Assembly: GCF_044704955.1 (NCBI RefSeq)
Contig: NC_091996.1
Span: 57,350,001 to 57,414,000 of the forward strand
Direction of reading: 5' to 3'
From: Pristiophorus japonicus
Taxonomy: Eukaryota
DNA length: 64,000 bases
The position numbers and the translations under genes are program-made. Below are positions 1 to 10,356 of this stretch, one piece after another (position 1 is the stretch's first letter; each line of letters begins with the position of its first letter). The notes beneath the pieces were generated by a model. It did no database searches. It was not told the DNA's origin and saw only the letters and a list, made by a program, of their open reading frames with translations.

Positions 1-272
1 GCAGAATATAGGGAATGCAGCAAAGTGCTAAACATCAAAGAGCGTTCAATGTAGTTATATTTAGTTTGTTCAAGCAATTCAGTTTCTTCAGTTACATCAA
101 CCCCTGCTGTTTCTTGACTGCAATTAAACATTATTGCTACTTCTAAAATGTGGATTTTACTGCAAAGTCTCCTCCTTATAAAAAGCAGCAAGCTTAAAAC
201 TTTGATAGCTTTACTGGGTCTTCATTTGGCTACCAGTTGATGTCGCCTGTTCTTTCAGATCATTAACACAAG

Positions 273-1102
273 CATGATAGAATGATATCAGCACAGCAGG
301 AGGACATTTGACCCATTGTGCCTGTGAACTTTGAAAAAGCTATCTACTTAGTACCTTATCTTGTCTTTTCCCCATCATTCTGCAAATCTTTCCCCTTCAA
401 GTATTTATCCAATTCCATTTTCAAAGTTATTATTGAATCCGCTTCCACTACCCTTTCCAGTGCATTCCAGATCATAACAACCCGCTGTATAAAAAAAAAT
501 TCTCCTCATCTCGCCAATTGTTCTTTTGCCAATTACTTTGAATCTGTGTCTTCTGGTTACCAATTCTCCTGCCACTAAAAACAGTTTACCCTTAATTACT
601 CTATCAAAAACATTCGTGATTCGAACACTGCTATTAAATCTCCCCTTAACCTTCTCTGCTCCAAGGGGAACAACTCTAATTTCTCCAGTCACTCCATGTA
701 ACTGGTACCATTCTCTGGTACCATTCCCTAGTAAAATCACTTTTGAACCCTCTCCAAGGCCTTGACATCCTTCCTAAAGTATGGTGCCCAGAATTGGCCA
801 CAATACTCCAGCTGGGGCCTAACCAGTGATTTATAAAGGTTTAGCATAACTTCCTTGCTATGTACTCTATACCTCTGTTTTATAAAGCGAAGGATCCTGT
901 ATACTTTTTTAACAGCATTCTGAACTTGTCTTGCCACCTTCAAAGATTTGTGTACATACATCTTCAGGTCTCTCTGTTTCTGCACCTCCTGTAAAATGTT
1001 TACCATTTAGTTTATATTGCCTCGCCTCATTATTCCTACCAAAATGAATCACTTCACACTTATCTGTTACATTTTATTTGTCATAAACCTGCCCATTACA
1101 CC
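273..1102 (-). mobile_element. CR1-clade LINE (HER1-like), 3' part of ORF2 and 3' tail, degenerate
   Basis: ORF 737..1006(-) 'KEVMLNLYKSLVRPQLEYCGQFWAPYFRKDVKALERVQK' is the typical CR1 ORF2 C-terminal region; the element continues after the LTR insertion at 3776. Confidence 0.9.
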
Positions 1103-1319
1103 TGTTATGTATTGATGTGTGTATCGTCCTGGTACCTTAAATGTAATGTAAGCACAATGCTACACCACAGAGGGTGGGAAACCTGGAAGTACACTATAAA
1201 AGGCTGACCACCACACCTGAGAGGCACTTTGGAGCTGAACAATAAAGGACGAAGGTCACAGCAGTTAGATTTACATCAGACCGTGTGGAGTCAATGATTT
1301 GTGTGCTACATACACCACA
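1103..1319 (+). repeat. 5' LTR
   Basis: Direct repeat of 3551-3775; contains TATAAAA and AATAAA. Confidence 0.93.
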
Positions 1320-1320
1320 T

Positions 1321-1331
1321 TGGCGACAAGG
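1321..1331 (+). promoter_or_regulatory. Primer binding site, probably tRNA-Ser(GCU)
   Basis: TGGCGACAAGG directly after the LTR; resembles the complement of the tRNA-Ser(GCU) 3' end (TGGCGACGAGG). Confidence 0.7.
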
Positions 1332-1354
1332 AAGCGGATGAACTCCACGCAACC

Positions 1355-3166
1355 ATGGCTACTCTGGGCTCACTAAAGGATTTTACCGTGGGCAATGATT
1401 GGGAGGCCTTCACGGAAAGGCTCGAGTACTATTTCACAGCAAACGACCTGACAGAGGACACGGACGCAATGAGAGATAAGCGAAAGGCGATATTGCTCTC
1501 CAGTTGTGGAGATGAGGTTTACTGACTCGTCAGGGATTTTCTGGCACCCGGGAGCGCCAGGGACAAGTCATACGAGGAGCTGACTGAACTCATTTGTGAC
1601 CAGTTGAAACCGAAGGAGAGCATCCTCACGGCCAGATACAAATTTTACCATCACTGCAGACCCGAGGGCCAGGATGTCACCAAATATGCTGCGAACCTCA
1701 GGAGACTCGCGGCGCCGTGTGATTTTGGCGCACACCTTGACGAGGCGTTACGGGACGTTTTCGTTATGGGGATTGGCCACGAGGGCCTCCTTCACAAGCT
1801 GCTAGCCACAGAACCCACAGTCACTCTGACAAAGGCCATCACCATCAGCCGGGCACATATGACCTCGACTTGCAGCACCAAGCAAATAATCCACACAATC
1901 TCGAACTCGGCAAGCACTGTCCACAGGATAGCACCCACCACGGACAAAACTGCAGAACGTGACTCTGCCCGGGGCAGAGAGCACGGACCTCGGGGTCCTG
2001 GAACTCAGAGTCCGCTGAGGGGGGGGCCAATCAAGCAGCACCATGCTGCCGTTGTGGAGGAAGCCATGGGGCTCACCAGTGCAGGTCTGCGGAGTACACG
2101 TGCAATACCTGCCACACAAAAGGCCACCTTCAGCGTATGTGTAAAAGAAATCGGACTCACCATGTAGCTGAGGAGATGGGGGATGATCCACCATCCAGCA
2201 AGGAGCAGGCAGAAGATGATGAGGTGTTGGGGACTGTACACGTGTACCGACGATTCACCCCCAGTGATAAGGGAAATAAAAATCAACAGAGTCCCTGTGA
2301 GTATGGAAGTAGACACGGGCTCGAGTCCATCGTTTATGAGTCAGAGAACTTTTGATAAACTGTGGATTAACTCAGCCTCACGACCCAAGCTGGTCCCGGT
2401 CATGGTGAAGCTGCGTACCTACACCAGGGAACTAATACCTGTTCTTGGCAGAGCGATGGTGCAGGTATCCCACGGGGACGAGATGCACGGTTTACCTTTG
2501 TGGGTCATTGCAGGCGATGGGCCAACACTCCTCGGCCGGAGGTGGATGGGGACGGTCCGTGGGAGCTGGGAAGACTTCACCACTCCACAGGCTACTGCTC
2601 CCCAGGGTGCTGCCATGCCCCAGGTCCCCAGAGAGCAGCGCCGACCGAGCTGGAGCTGCAGCCTCAATCCACCCACAGGCAAGCCCCAGCCCTGGACCTC
2701 ACACAGAGATCCTGCAGCCTCAGCCCCCACAGGCAAGCAGCCCTGCAGAGAGGGGCCTGGTGGGGGGGGCGGGGAGGGTGAGCCGGCGGGGTGCGAGAGA
2801 TCCAGGATGGCCGGCGGATTTGAGGGGCCCACGCAGAGGGAGAGTTGGGTGACGGCAGTAGCTGGAGGTCGGCGGCCACGAGTCGGGAGGCGGCAACAGC
2901 TGGAGGTCGGCGGCCGCAGGGGAGGCCGCTACGGAGGACGCGGGGGAGGCGGCAAGTGCAGCCGCTGGAGAGGCTACGACGGCCGCAGGGGAGGCGGCTA
3001 CGGTGGCCGCCAGAGAAGCGACGACGACGGCCGCAGGAGAGGCGGCAAGTCAGGTGGCGGCAGAGGGCATCCGGAGCGGCGGAGAGCAAGATGGCGGCGG
3101 CCTCGGTCCAGAGCATCAAAGATGGCGGCGCCCAAGGAGAAGCCTCGTGGAATCCTCCTGCATTAA
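1355..3166 (+). pseudogene. gag: Gypsy gag-protease pseudogene with a GC-rich C-terminal extension
   Basis: MATLGSLKDFTVGNDWEAFTERLEYYF... with an in-frame TGA at 1523; zinc knuckles at ~2045-2140 after a frameshift in a G run; protease motifs 'MEVDTGS' and 'LLGRRW' in ORF 2183..3166. Confidence 0.88.
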
Positions 3167-3550
3167 AGATGACGCCTTAAAAAGGAAATGCACCCGGGAG
3201 TCTTAAAAGGGCCTTACCATGTGGTGGTCCCCACAAAGGACTTCTGTAAGGCAGAGTGAGTCTAAAATGAGCTACGTTAATGTGAGATGGCGAATTTATA
3301 ATAAGAATTAATTTTTTAATGCTGAATGGCCACTGTATTTGTATAAAATAATGGATATGAAGTCCAATTAATGATAAGGGCTAACAAGGAAATCAGGGAT
3401 CCGTTACCAGTCAATAACTAGTTAATGTACCAGATAACATGTACCATACTAACACACTGTCTATGCCTACCTGCCTTCCATTGGACAAGTGTGATGTTAT
3501 GTATTGATGTGTGTATCGTCATCCTGCGTCCTGGTGGGGGGGAAGTGTGA

Positions 3551-3775
3551 TGTTATGTATTGATGTGTGTATCGTCCTGGTACCTTAAATGTAATGTAAG
3601 CACAATGTTACACCACAGAAGGCGCTGTGGTGGGAAACCTGGAAGTACACTATAAAAGGCTGACCACCACACCTGAGAGGCACTCTGGAGCTGAACAATA
3701 AAGGACGAAGGTCACAGCAGTTAGATTTACACTAGACCATGTGGAGGCAGTGATTTGTGTGCTACATACACCACA
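3551..3775 (+). repeat. 3' LTR
   Basis: Direct repeat of 1103-1319, preceded by a PPT. Confidence 0.93.
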
Positions 3776-4920
3776 ACACCAGTCTGCCTTAGTCCTTCTG
3801 AAGTCTCTTACTATCCTCCTCACTATTTACTACATTTCTGAGATTCGTGCCATCTGCAAACTTTGAAATTATGGCCTGTATACCCAACATTAATATATAT
3901 CAAAACGTGGCCCCAATATTGACCCCTGGGGAACACCACACTATGCATCATTCCAGTTTTAAAAACAAGTTCACCACTAATCTGCTTTCTGTCACTTTGC
4001 CAATTTCGTATCCACACTGTCACTGCCCCTTTAATCCCATGGGCTTCAACTTTGCTAATAATTCTATTGTATGTTATTTTATCAAATGCCTTTTAAAAGT
4101 CCATATATAGAACAGTAACCACAATATCCTTATCAGCCCTCCTCCTTAATTCATCAAATAACTCAGTCAAGTTAGTCAAACATGATTTTTCTTCAACAAA
4201 TGAGTGCTGGCTGTTATTTATTAACCCATATGTTTCCAAGTGACAGTTAATTGTGTCTCTGATTATTGTCTTTAAAAGTTTCCCCACCACAGACTTTAGG
4301 CTGACTAGTCTGTAATTGCAAGGTTTATCCCTCTCCCCGTTTTAGAACAGGAGTTTAACACTTGCAATTGTCTGGGTCTCTGGCACCATACCCATATCTA
4401 AGGAAGATTGGAAGAATGTGGCCAGAGCCTCTGTGAGCTCCATTCTTGCTTCCCTCAGCAGCCTGGGATGCATCCAGACCAGGTGACTTTTGTACTGAGT
4501 GCTGCCAACCTTTTAAGTACCTCCTCTTCATCTATTTTTATCTTATCCAATTTCTCAACCACCTCCTCCTTTACCATGATATTGGCAGCATTCTGTTCTT
4601 TAGTGAAGACAGGTGCAAAGAGGAATAAATTGGCCTGGTTTGCACCTCCCGTTAGCGCCTCTGGAGGGCGGTAACGGGGCGCTCAAATTGTTACCGACGC
4701 CCGCAAACTTCAATGGCGGGTTTGTGTTGGCGCTAATACTTACCACCTCGATCTCTTGTACACATTTCATAAATTCTTCCCCCTCTTTGCACTTAACACT
4801 GTTATTTTCCCAGGATATTTTAAGATAATTGAAGTTCCCCGTTATCACTACGTTTTACTTCTTGCATTTTCTGAAATTTCTCTCTAAATTTGCTCACCTT
4901 TCACCTTCCCAGTATAGTAT
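3776..4920 (-). mobile_element. CR1 LINE continuation (RT region), degenerate, with a small GC-rich insert at ~4622-4745
   Basis: ORF 4093..4290(-) 'VGKLLKTIIRD...SQHSFVEEKSCLTNL...YMDF'. Confidence 0.85.
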
Positions 4921-5204
4921 ACACCCGCTATTTCTGAACTACTCTTTATTCAAATGAACCGATATGATTTCTTGGTTCATTTGCATATCATTAGGGCTAC
5001 AGTTGACAGTTATACCCCTCGCTCCTTGTGTTAAAGTTGATCAGCCCCTCTGATTTGGTGCTCTCAAACAGCTCATTAAGCAACTCTGAAAACAGTTACC
5101 AGGAGTTTCTGGATTAGAATAATTAATTGACCACAATCGTAAATAACTGGCTGTCTTGTAAACTCACACCAAATGTATTCATACAGAAGTATGTATTCAA
5201 ATCA

Positions 5205-5366
5205 CAGATAGATAGATTTTTAACCAATAAGGGAATTAAGGGTTATGGGGAGCGGGCGGGTAAGTGGAGCTGAGTCCACGGCCAGATCAGCCATGATCTT
5301 GTTGAATGGCGGAGCAGGCTCGAGGGGCTAGATGGCCGACTCCTGTTCCTAATTCTTATGTTCTTA
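5205..5366 (+). mobile_element. CR1/HER1 3' tail fragment
   Basis: 'gatcagccatgatcttgttgaatggcggagcaggctcgagggg...ttcttatgttctta'; near-identical to the reverse complement of 52800-52960. Confidence 0.85.
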
Positions 5367-5587
5367 AGTTAGCTTAGCTGCTCCTTTAAGCTTTGCAAAA
5401 CTTGCTATAGTTGTTTTGAGTCAAACTGGGAACCATATTCTGAGTGTAAGTGAATTTTATTTTTAACTCCTTATGTGAATGACTGAATTAGATGCACCTC
5501 GACAAAACTAAAACAAGATAGAAATAAAAACATAAAATGTTGGAAATACTCTGCAGGCCAAACAGCATCTATGGAGAGAGAAACAGA

Positions 5588-5622
5588 GTCAACGTTTCAG
5601 GTCGATGACCTTTCGTCAGAAC
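5588..5622 (-). ncRNA. Minimal type I hammerhead-ribozyme-like motif
   Basis: The minus strand reads GTT-CTGACGA-A-AGGTC-ATC-GACCT-GAAAC-GTT-GAC: CUGANGA and GAAA cores, a 5-bp stem II and a palindromic AACGTT stem III region. Confidence 0.55.
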
Positions 5623-6099
5623 GAAAGGTCATCAACTTGAAATGTTGGCTGGAATTTTCCCGTTGCCGGGCGTGCAGGTTTGGGGGCGGGTTGGAAAGCG
5701 ACGCCATCCTGCCGCCTTGCACACTTAACGCGTGCGCGTTTCCCAGCACGTCACGGGTGGGCAACCTAATTGAAGTCATTAATTGCTTGTTGTGAGACCC
5801 TTAACAGGGTTTTTAATTTTGATTTTTACTGGATGACCACGGGAATCATGCAGCTCGGGAACCTCGTCTGTCAACGTGAGGCAGAAGCTCAGTGGCCATT
5901 GTCCGAGGTCATTACCGGACACCAAGGAAATCCACATAAATACACTCACATAACATGCCTAAGAGAAAGGCTCTTGCTGACTCCATTTTTTGCACAGATT
6001 TAGCGTTGTCTGCAACCTTGGAAGTCACTCTCACCACATTGTTAGTCAGTACAACTACATTGACCGATTGGTCCTCTGATCTCGACTTGGTTTGCCATC

Positions 6100-6790
6100 A
6101 GCAGGGGTGCTGCTCATACTGTCTCACCTTGGTCCTCAGAAGTGGACCAAGATGAGCCCCAGCAGCAGCAGCAGCAGTCGCAACAACACCACTAGCCTTT
6201 TCCTCAATGCGCCACAGGAGAGAGGGCATCAGGGCAGGGCTGCACCGCTTCGGAGCCGATACCCCCAAAAAAGCGTATACAGGCAGAGGATGAGCTTCCT
6301 CAACATGTCTGAGCAGCAGTGCCAAAGGAGACTCAGGCTATCGCACCAGATCATTGCAAACATTTGCACATTGTCGGAGCAAGACCTTCAGCCCTGGTGG
6401 ACGCATACATGTGGCCATCAGGGCACCCTCACATCACCCAGGAGTATTTGTGAACCGCAAGGGCTTCCACTCGCTCAATGAGCAACTGGTCTTGCAATCA
6501 AAGGAAGATCATCCGACATGTGTGCGCCAAATTCCATGGCAGCTGACATGACTCTTTCGTGCTGCGTCAGTCCACCCTCCCTCAGCTCTTCGCATCGCCA
6601 TACACACTTAACGGCTGGCTGCTTGGAGACAAGGGCTATCTACTGAAGACATGGCTCATGACACACCCTTGAGGAGGCTGAGCAACAAGGCCCAGGAGTA
6701 TTATAATGAAAATCACATGTCTACCATATGTGTCATAGAGCAAACACTGGGCATGATGAAGGTACTCTTCAGATGCCTTGACAGTTCTGG
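6100..6790 (+). pseudogene. Harbinger (HARBI1-like) DDE transposase, frameshifted and internally deleted
   Basis: '[23 protein letters not shown]', 'HVAIRAP...[11 protein letters not shown]', 'HDSFVLRQS', 'WLLGDKGY', 'VIEQTLGMMKVLFRCLD'. Confidence 0.85.
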
Positions 6791-6992
6791 AGTTCACACA
6801 ACCCCGCCATTGCTGGAGATTATGTTATGTCTCACCAGCCACTCCAACTCACAAAGCCATTTCCAAATAAGCAGACAAAAATGGGCATGACCAGAAAGTG
6901 GTGAAACTAAATACATTTAAATGTGTGATAACAGTAACGGAACCTTAACAATAACACTTCTTTATACATCCGTGTGCATAACCCTAATGCAT

Positions 6993-8876
6993 TTAGGATA
7001 GTCTGATTTTTTTTTTCCGCGTGCTTCTACAAGGTGCTACCCCTGTGGCTTCAGCACATGTAGAGGCAGTCTTCTCAATTCCCTGCTGTGACTGTTTAGA
7101 CACTCTTGGCGAACGTCCTCTGGATCTCGGAGCCTGTGAGGGCCCCGCCAATGTCTGCTCCTCCTGCAACTGTGCAGAGGCAGACTCGCCCACCACTGTC
7201 CAAGCTGGCATCTGGGGCTCTGACGGAGGGTGAGGCAATGGGGGAGAAGTAGGAGTGCTTTGAGAGGAGCCCCCACTTGCCCTCACCATCATCCCTCTCG
7301 TGGGTCACCCACACCTCCCTGCTAGCAAGGAGCTGGAGAGCACCCGACTGCACTGCAGTAGGGTCACGAGGACCCAAGTCTACATTTAGAACCCTCCTAG
7401 AGAGGAGGTCTATGAACCTCTGCCATCTGTTCTCCATGTGCTCGTGTAAGTGCCGCATTAGCTGCTCCATGCAGGTGGCCATCCTTTCCATGGAAGAGTA
7501 CGGCATTGCCATCGCCTGCGACATGGTGGTGCTCATGTTGGAGATGGACTCCTCCATTCTCTACACATTTATAGACATCATGGTTCCAAAACCTACCAGA
7601 GCTTCCTGCATTGTTTGCTGCCCCTCCAGGATCACCCCCTTTCTTGATGGCCCTCGAGGCTCAGCGTCGGCATGGAGCTGAGCAGAGTTAGGAGCATCTT
7701 GTGCCCTCCCGTGAGGAGTCTCCATGGCTGTTCCTGTCAACACCATCTGCTCTTACATAGAAACATCACTTATGAAGTGTGAGACATCAGGTGACAACAA
7801 TACTCTATCTCGCATAGGACCCACTGAGTTGTATGTATCTATGCTGGTACTGGGTACGCTTGGGTCTGCTGATCGTGGGCTGGAGGCTCATCTGAGGAGT
7901 CGACTTTCTCCTCCGGCTGGACAATGTGGGTGGTGGCTCTTGTTGGACCTGTGGGAAAATAGAGAGATGATTTGGAAATGTTATATTAAGAGTGGGTAAC
8001 GTTGCCGTTATGCACATGATGAACATTCACTGGCTGCTGACATCAGTCACCATATGAGTGACTGTTGTATGCCATGTGGCTGTATGAGATGTAATTCTGT
8101 CACCAGGTTGCTGAGAGGTCCCCCTCTCTCCATCTCCCACCGCCAACTGCTCTGCAGCTCTCGACACCTCCAGGGCCACCTCCCCATGGAGTCAAAGTAA
8201 CGAAGGATAGAGGGCCACCTCCAGTTCACTGCCTCTCCCACGTGTTCTGGGCTCTTTTCTCCGGCAAGGAGAGAAAGAAGAGAAGTTAGTGAAAGTGGCA
8301 GAATGGATGGGTTACATCTGCAGAGGGTGACTATGAGGGAGTGGCGTGACAATTGCAAATGACCTCCTTCTGTGGTGGTTTGATAGCATCTTTGCTATGA
8401 TTGCATTAGGATGACAGTAAGTGTCAGTGGTGGTTAGTCAGATGGGGATGTGAGTATGTACATAGAGAGAGAGGGATGGGTCAACCTGGAAGATATGTTG
8501 GTATGTATAATGATATGCAGGAGAAGGCTTGGGAAGACAGAGTGATGGGGAAGTGGTGATAGACATATCGGGATGAAGGCGAGTGTGGCTTTGCACTCAC
8601 CTTTCCTGATCTCATCAGATCATTGAATCTCTTCCTGCAATGTACACATATCCTCCTGACTACATCCCTGCTGCTGACCTCCTCAGCAATTTTGAGCTGT
8701 GCCTCTTTGGTCTCTTGTGGAGGTCTCTTCCACCCATCAACAGGGAAGAGGATCTCCCTGCATGCTGTTTCTCCCTCCACCAGAATATGTAGTGAGATAT
8801 CTGAAAAGTGGTGTACTACTCTCTGTCTTTGAGAACTAATTTTTATAAGTTGCAGCAATAACTTAATGCTCTCCAA
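6993..8876 (-). pseudogene. Harbinger Myb/SANT-like DNA-binding protein gene (spliced), degenerate
   Basis: 'HFSDISLHILVE...IAEEVSSRDVVRRICVHCRKRFNDL' followed by the donor AAG/GTGAGT at 8600; downstream coiled-coil-like segment and basic C-terminus 'RSTRKKK'. Confidence 0.75.
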
Positions 8877-9719
8877 TACTCACTCCACATGCCTACATCA
8901 ACCTTCAATGCGATGTGGCCAAGGCTGCGTTAAATATCCCCGCTGGAAATGAGTCATCGATGACGTCCTCATACCTGCACCTTTTAATACGACCAGAAAA
9001 CACGTATGACGAGTTTAATAGGGGTCATTAACTAAAAGTCGCTGCTCACGTCTTCGGACTCCCGACCCGCTACAAAGCCCACACCCATGCAACCCCTCTC
9101 GAAAGTAAAAATTCCGGCTATTAACTCTGCTTTTCTCCCCACAGATGCTGCCTGACCTGCTAAGTATTTTTAGCATTTTCTGTTTCTATTTCAGATTTCT
9201 AGCATCCGCAGTATTTTGCTTTTCTAAAACAAGATAAGGCTGCTTAATTTTTGTCACACCTCCATGCTGTTAATCATGGACTGGAGCCTCAAGTCTTCCA
9301 CATACTGTGTGACCTTTCAGAAGTCCCTTTTGAAACTTGGGGTGCACATCGCAGTCAACTGATGCGAAAAACATAGGATCACTGTACGACAACAGTTATC
9401 AGAGCCAGCACAGTATACGCGTTATACGCGTTACACAATACTGCTCACAGTCTATCAAATTATTGAAAACCTGTGGTCTCCTTGGATAAATGGTTAGACA
9501 AAGAAGATTACACAGTTTTTGTTCCTCAATCACCCATTTGAGCTTCCAATGTCAAAAGGTTTACTAATGCTATTAATAAACACAAGTTTTACTTCATAAT
9601 ATCCTGTAAATGGAAACACATTAGGGGAAGAGTTTAAGCCTCCTCAATTATTATTGGCAACCAGTTTTCAGTTTGTTTCTACAGCTGCATTACTCTATTT
9701 TAGTATTCATATTAGAAGA

Positions 9720-10020
9720 CTAGTCAACCTCCTGTGGCATTGCACATGTGGAGTGAAGGCCAAGCAGTCTTCAGGGTAAATGTGCAGAAATAATTCAGCC
9801 CCCAATTGGAAGTCATACATTCTGTCCTTATTTATTATTATAGAACTTGTCGATCTCCCATGGCATTGCGCACAGGGGGTCAAGATGGAGAGTAGTGCAC
9901 AGAGGGCGGGGGTGGTTTATTGAACAGGGTGTGCAGACATAATTCAATCCTCATGTGAAAGTTATATGCCCTGCCCTTATTGATTTTATAAAATTAGTCA
10001 ATCTCTAATTGCATTGCACA
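9720..10020. repeat. Degenerate tandem repeat, ~130-150 bp period, about two copies
   Basis: Recurring 'gcattgc(a/g)ca', 'tgtgcaga(a/c)ataattca' and 'ccttatt..tt.ata'. Confidence 0.5.
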
Positions 10021-10356
10021 GTTAAGAGGTGTTTTTCAATTCAAGATGATTTGAGTACAGGAGCAAGGATGTCTTACTACAGTTATACAGGACTTTGTTG
10101 AGACCACACCTGGAGTATCGTTGTTATGTATGTAAACATTGTAACTCACCAGAGAGCGCAACTGTTGGAGGCCCAAGGGTCATGGGCATACCTTGTGCAA
10201 GGGAGTATAAAAAGGTTGTCTGCCATGCTGCTTAGACACTCTGGAGTTGTATTAAAGAGACTAAGGTCACATCAGTTTTAGCTCACAGTACTCAGTCTTG
10301 TGGAGCTCTTTCATACTTAACAATTGGCGATGAGTAACAGATTACGAACTTTCACG

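Larger units (their letters stand above)
1103..3775 (+). mobile_element. Non-autonomous Gypsy-type LTR retrotransposon (gag + protease only)
   Basis: LTRs 1103-1319 and 3551-3775 (TG...CA); perfect 5-bp TSD ACACC at 1098-1102 and 3776-3780; PBS TGGCGAC at 1321; PPT at ~3533-3550; no RT, RNase H or integrase recognisable. Confidence 0.93.
5646..9118. mobile_element. PIF/Harbinger DNA transposon with two convergent genes, degenerate
   Basis: TIRs ggctggaatttt...aaaattccggc; Harbi1-like transposase on +, Myb/SANT gene on -. Confidence 0.88.
5521..9223. mobile_element. Penelope-like inverted-repeat element, split by the Harbinger insertion
   Basis: Arms 5521-5622 and 5621-5645 + 9119-9223 are reverse complements; perfect 13-bp TSD CTAAAACAAGATA at 5508-5520 and 9224-9236. 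Confidence 0.75.

Noticed and set aside
2419-3206. Multiple overlapping ORFs on both strands
   Set aside because: Expected from very high GC content; only the protease-containing frame has recognisable motifs.
6161-6190. CAG/polyQ tract as a host gene signature
   Set aside because: It lies in the low-complexity N-terminus of the Harbinger transposase pseudogene.
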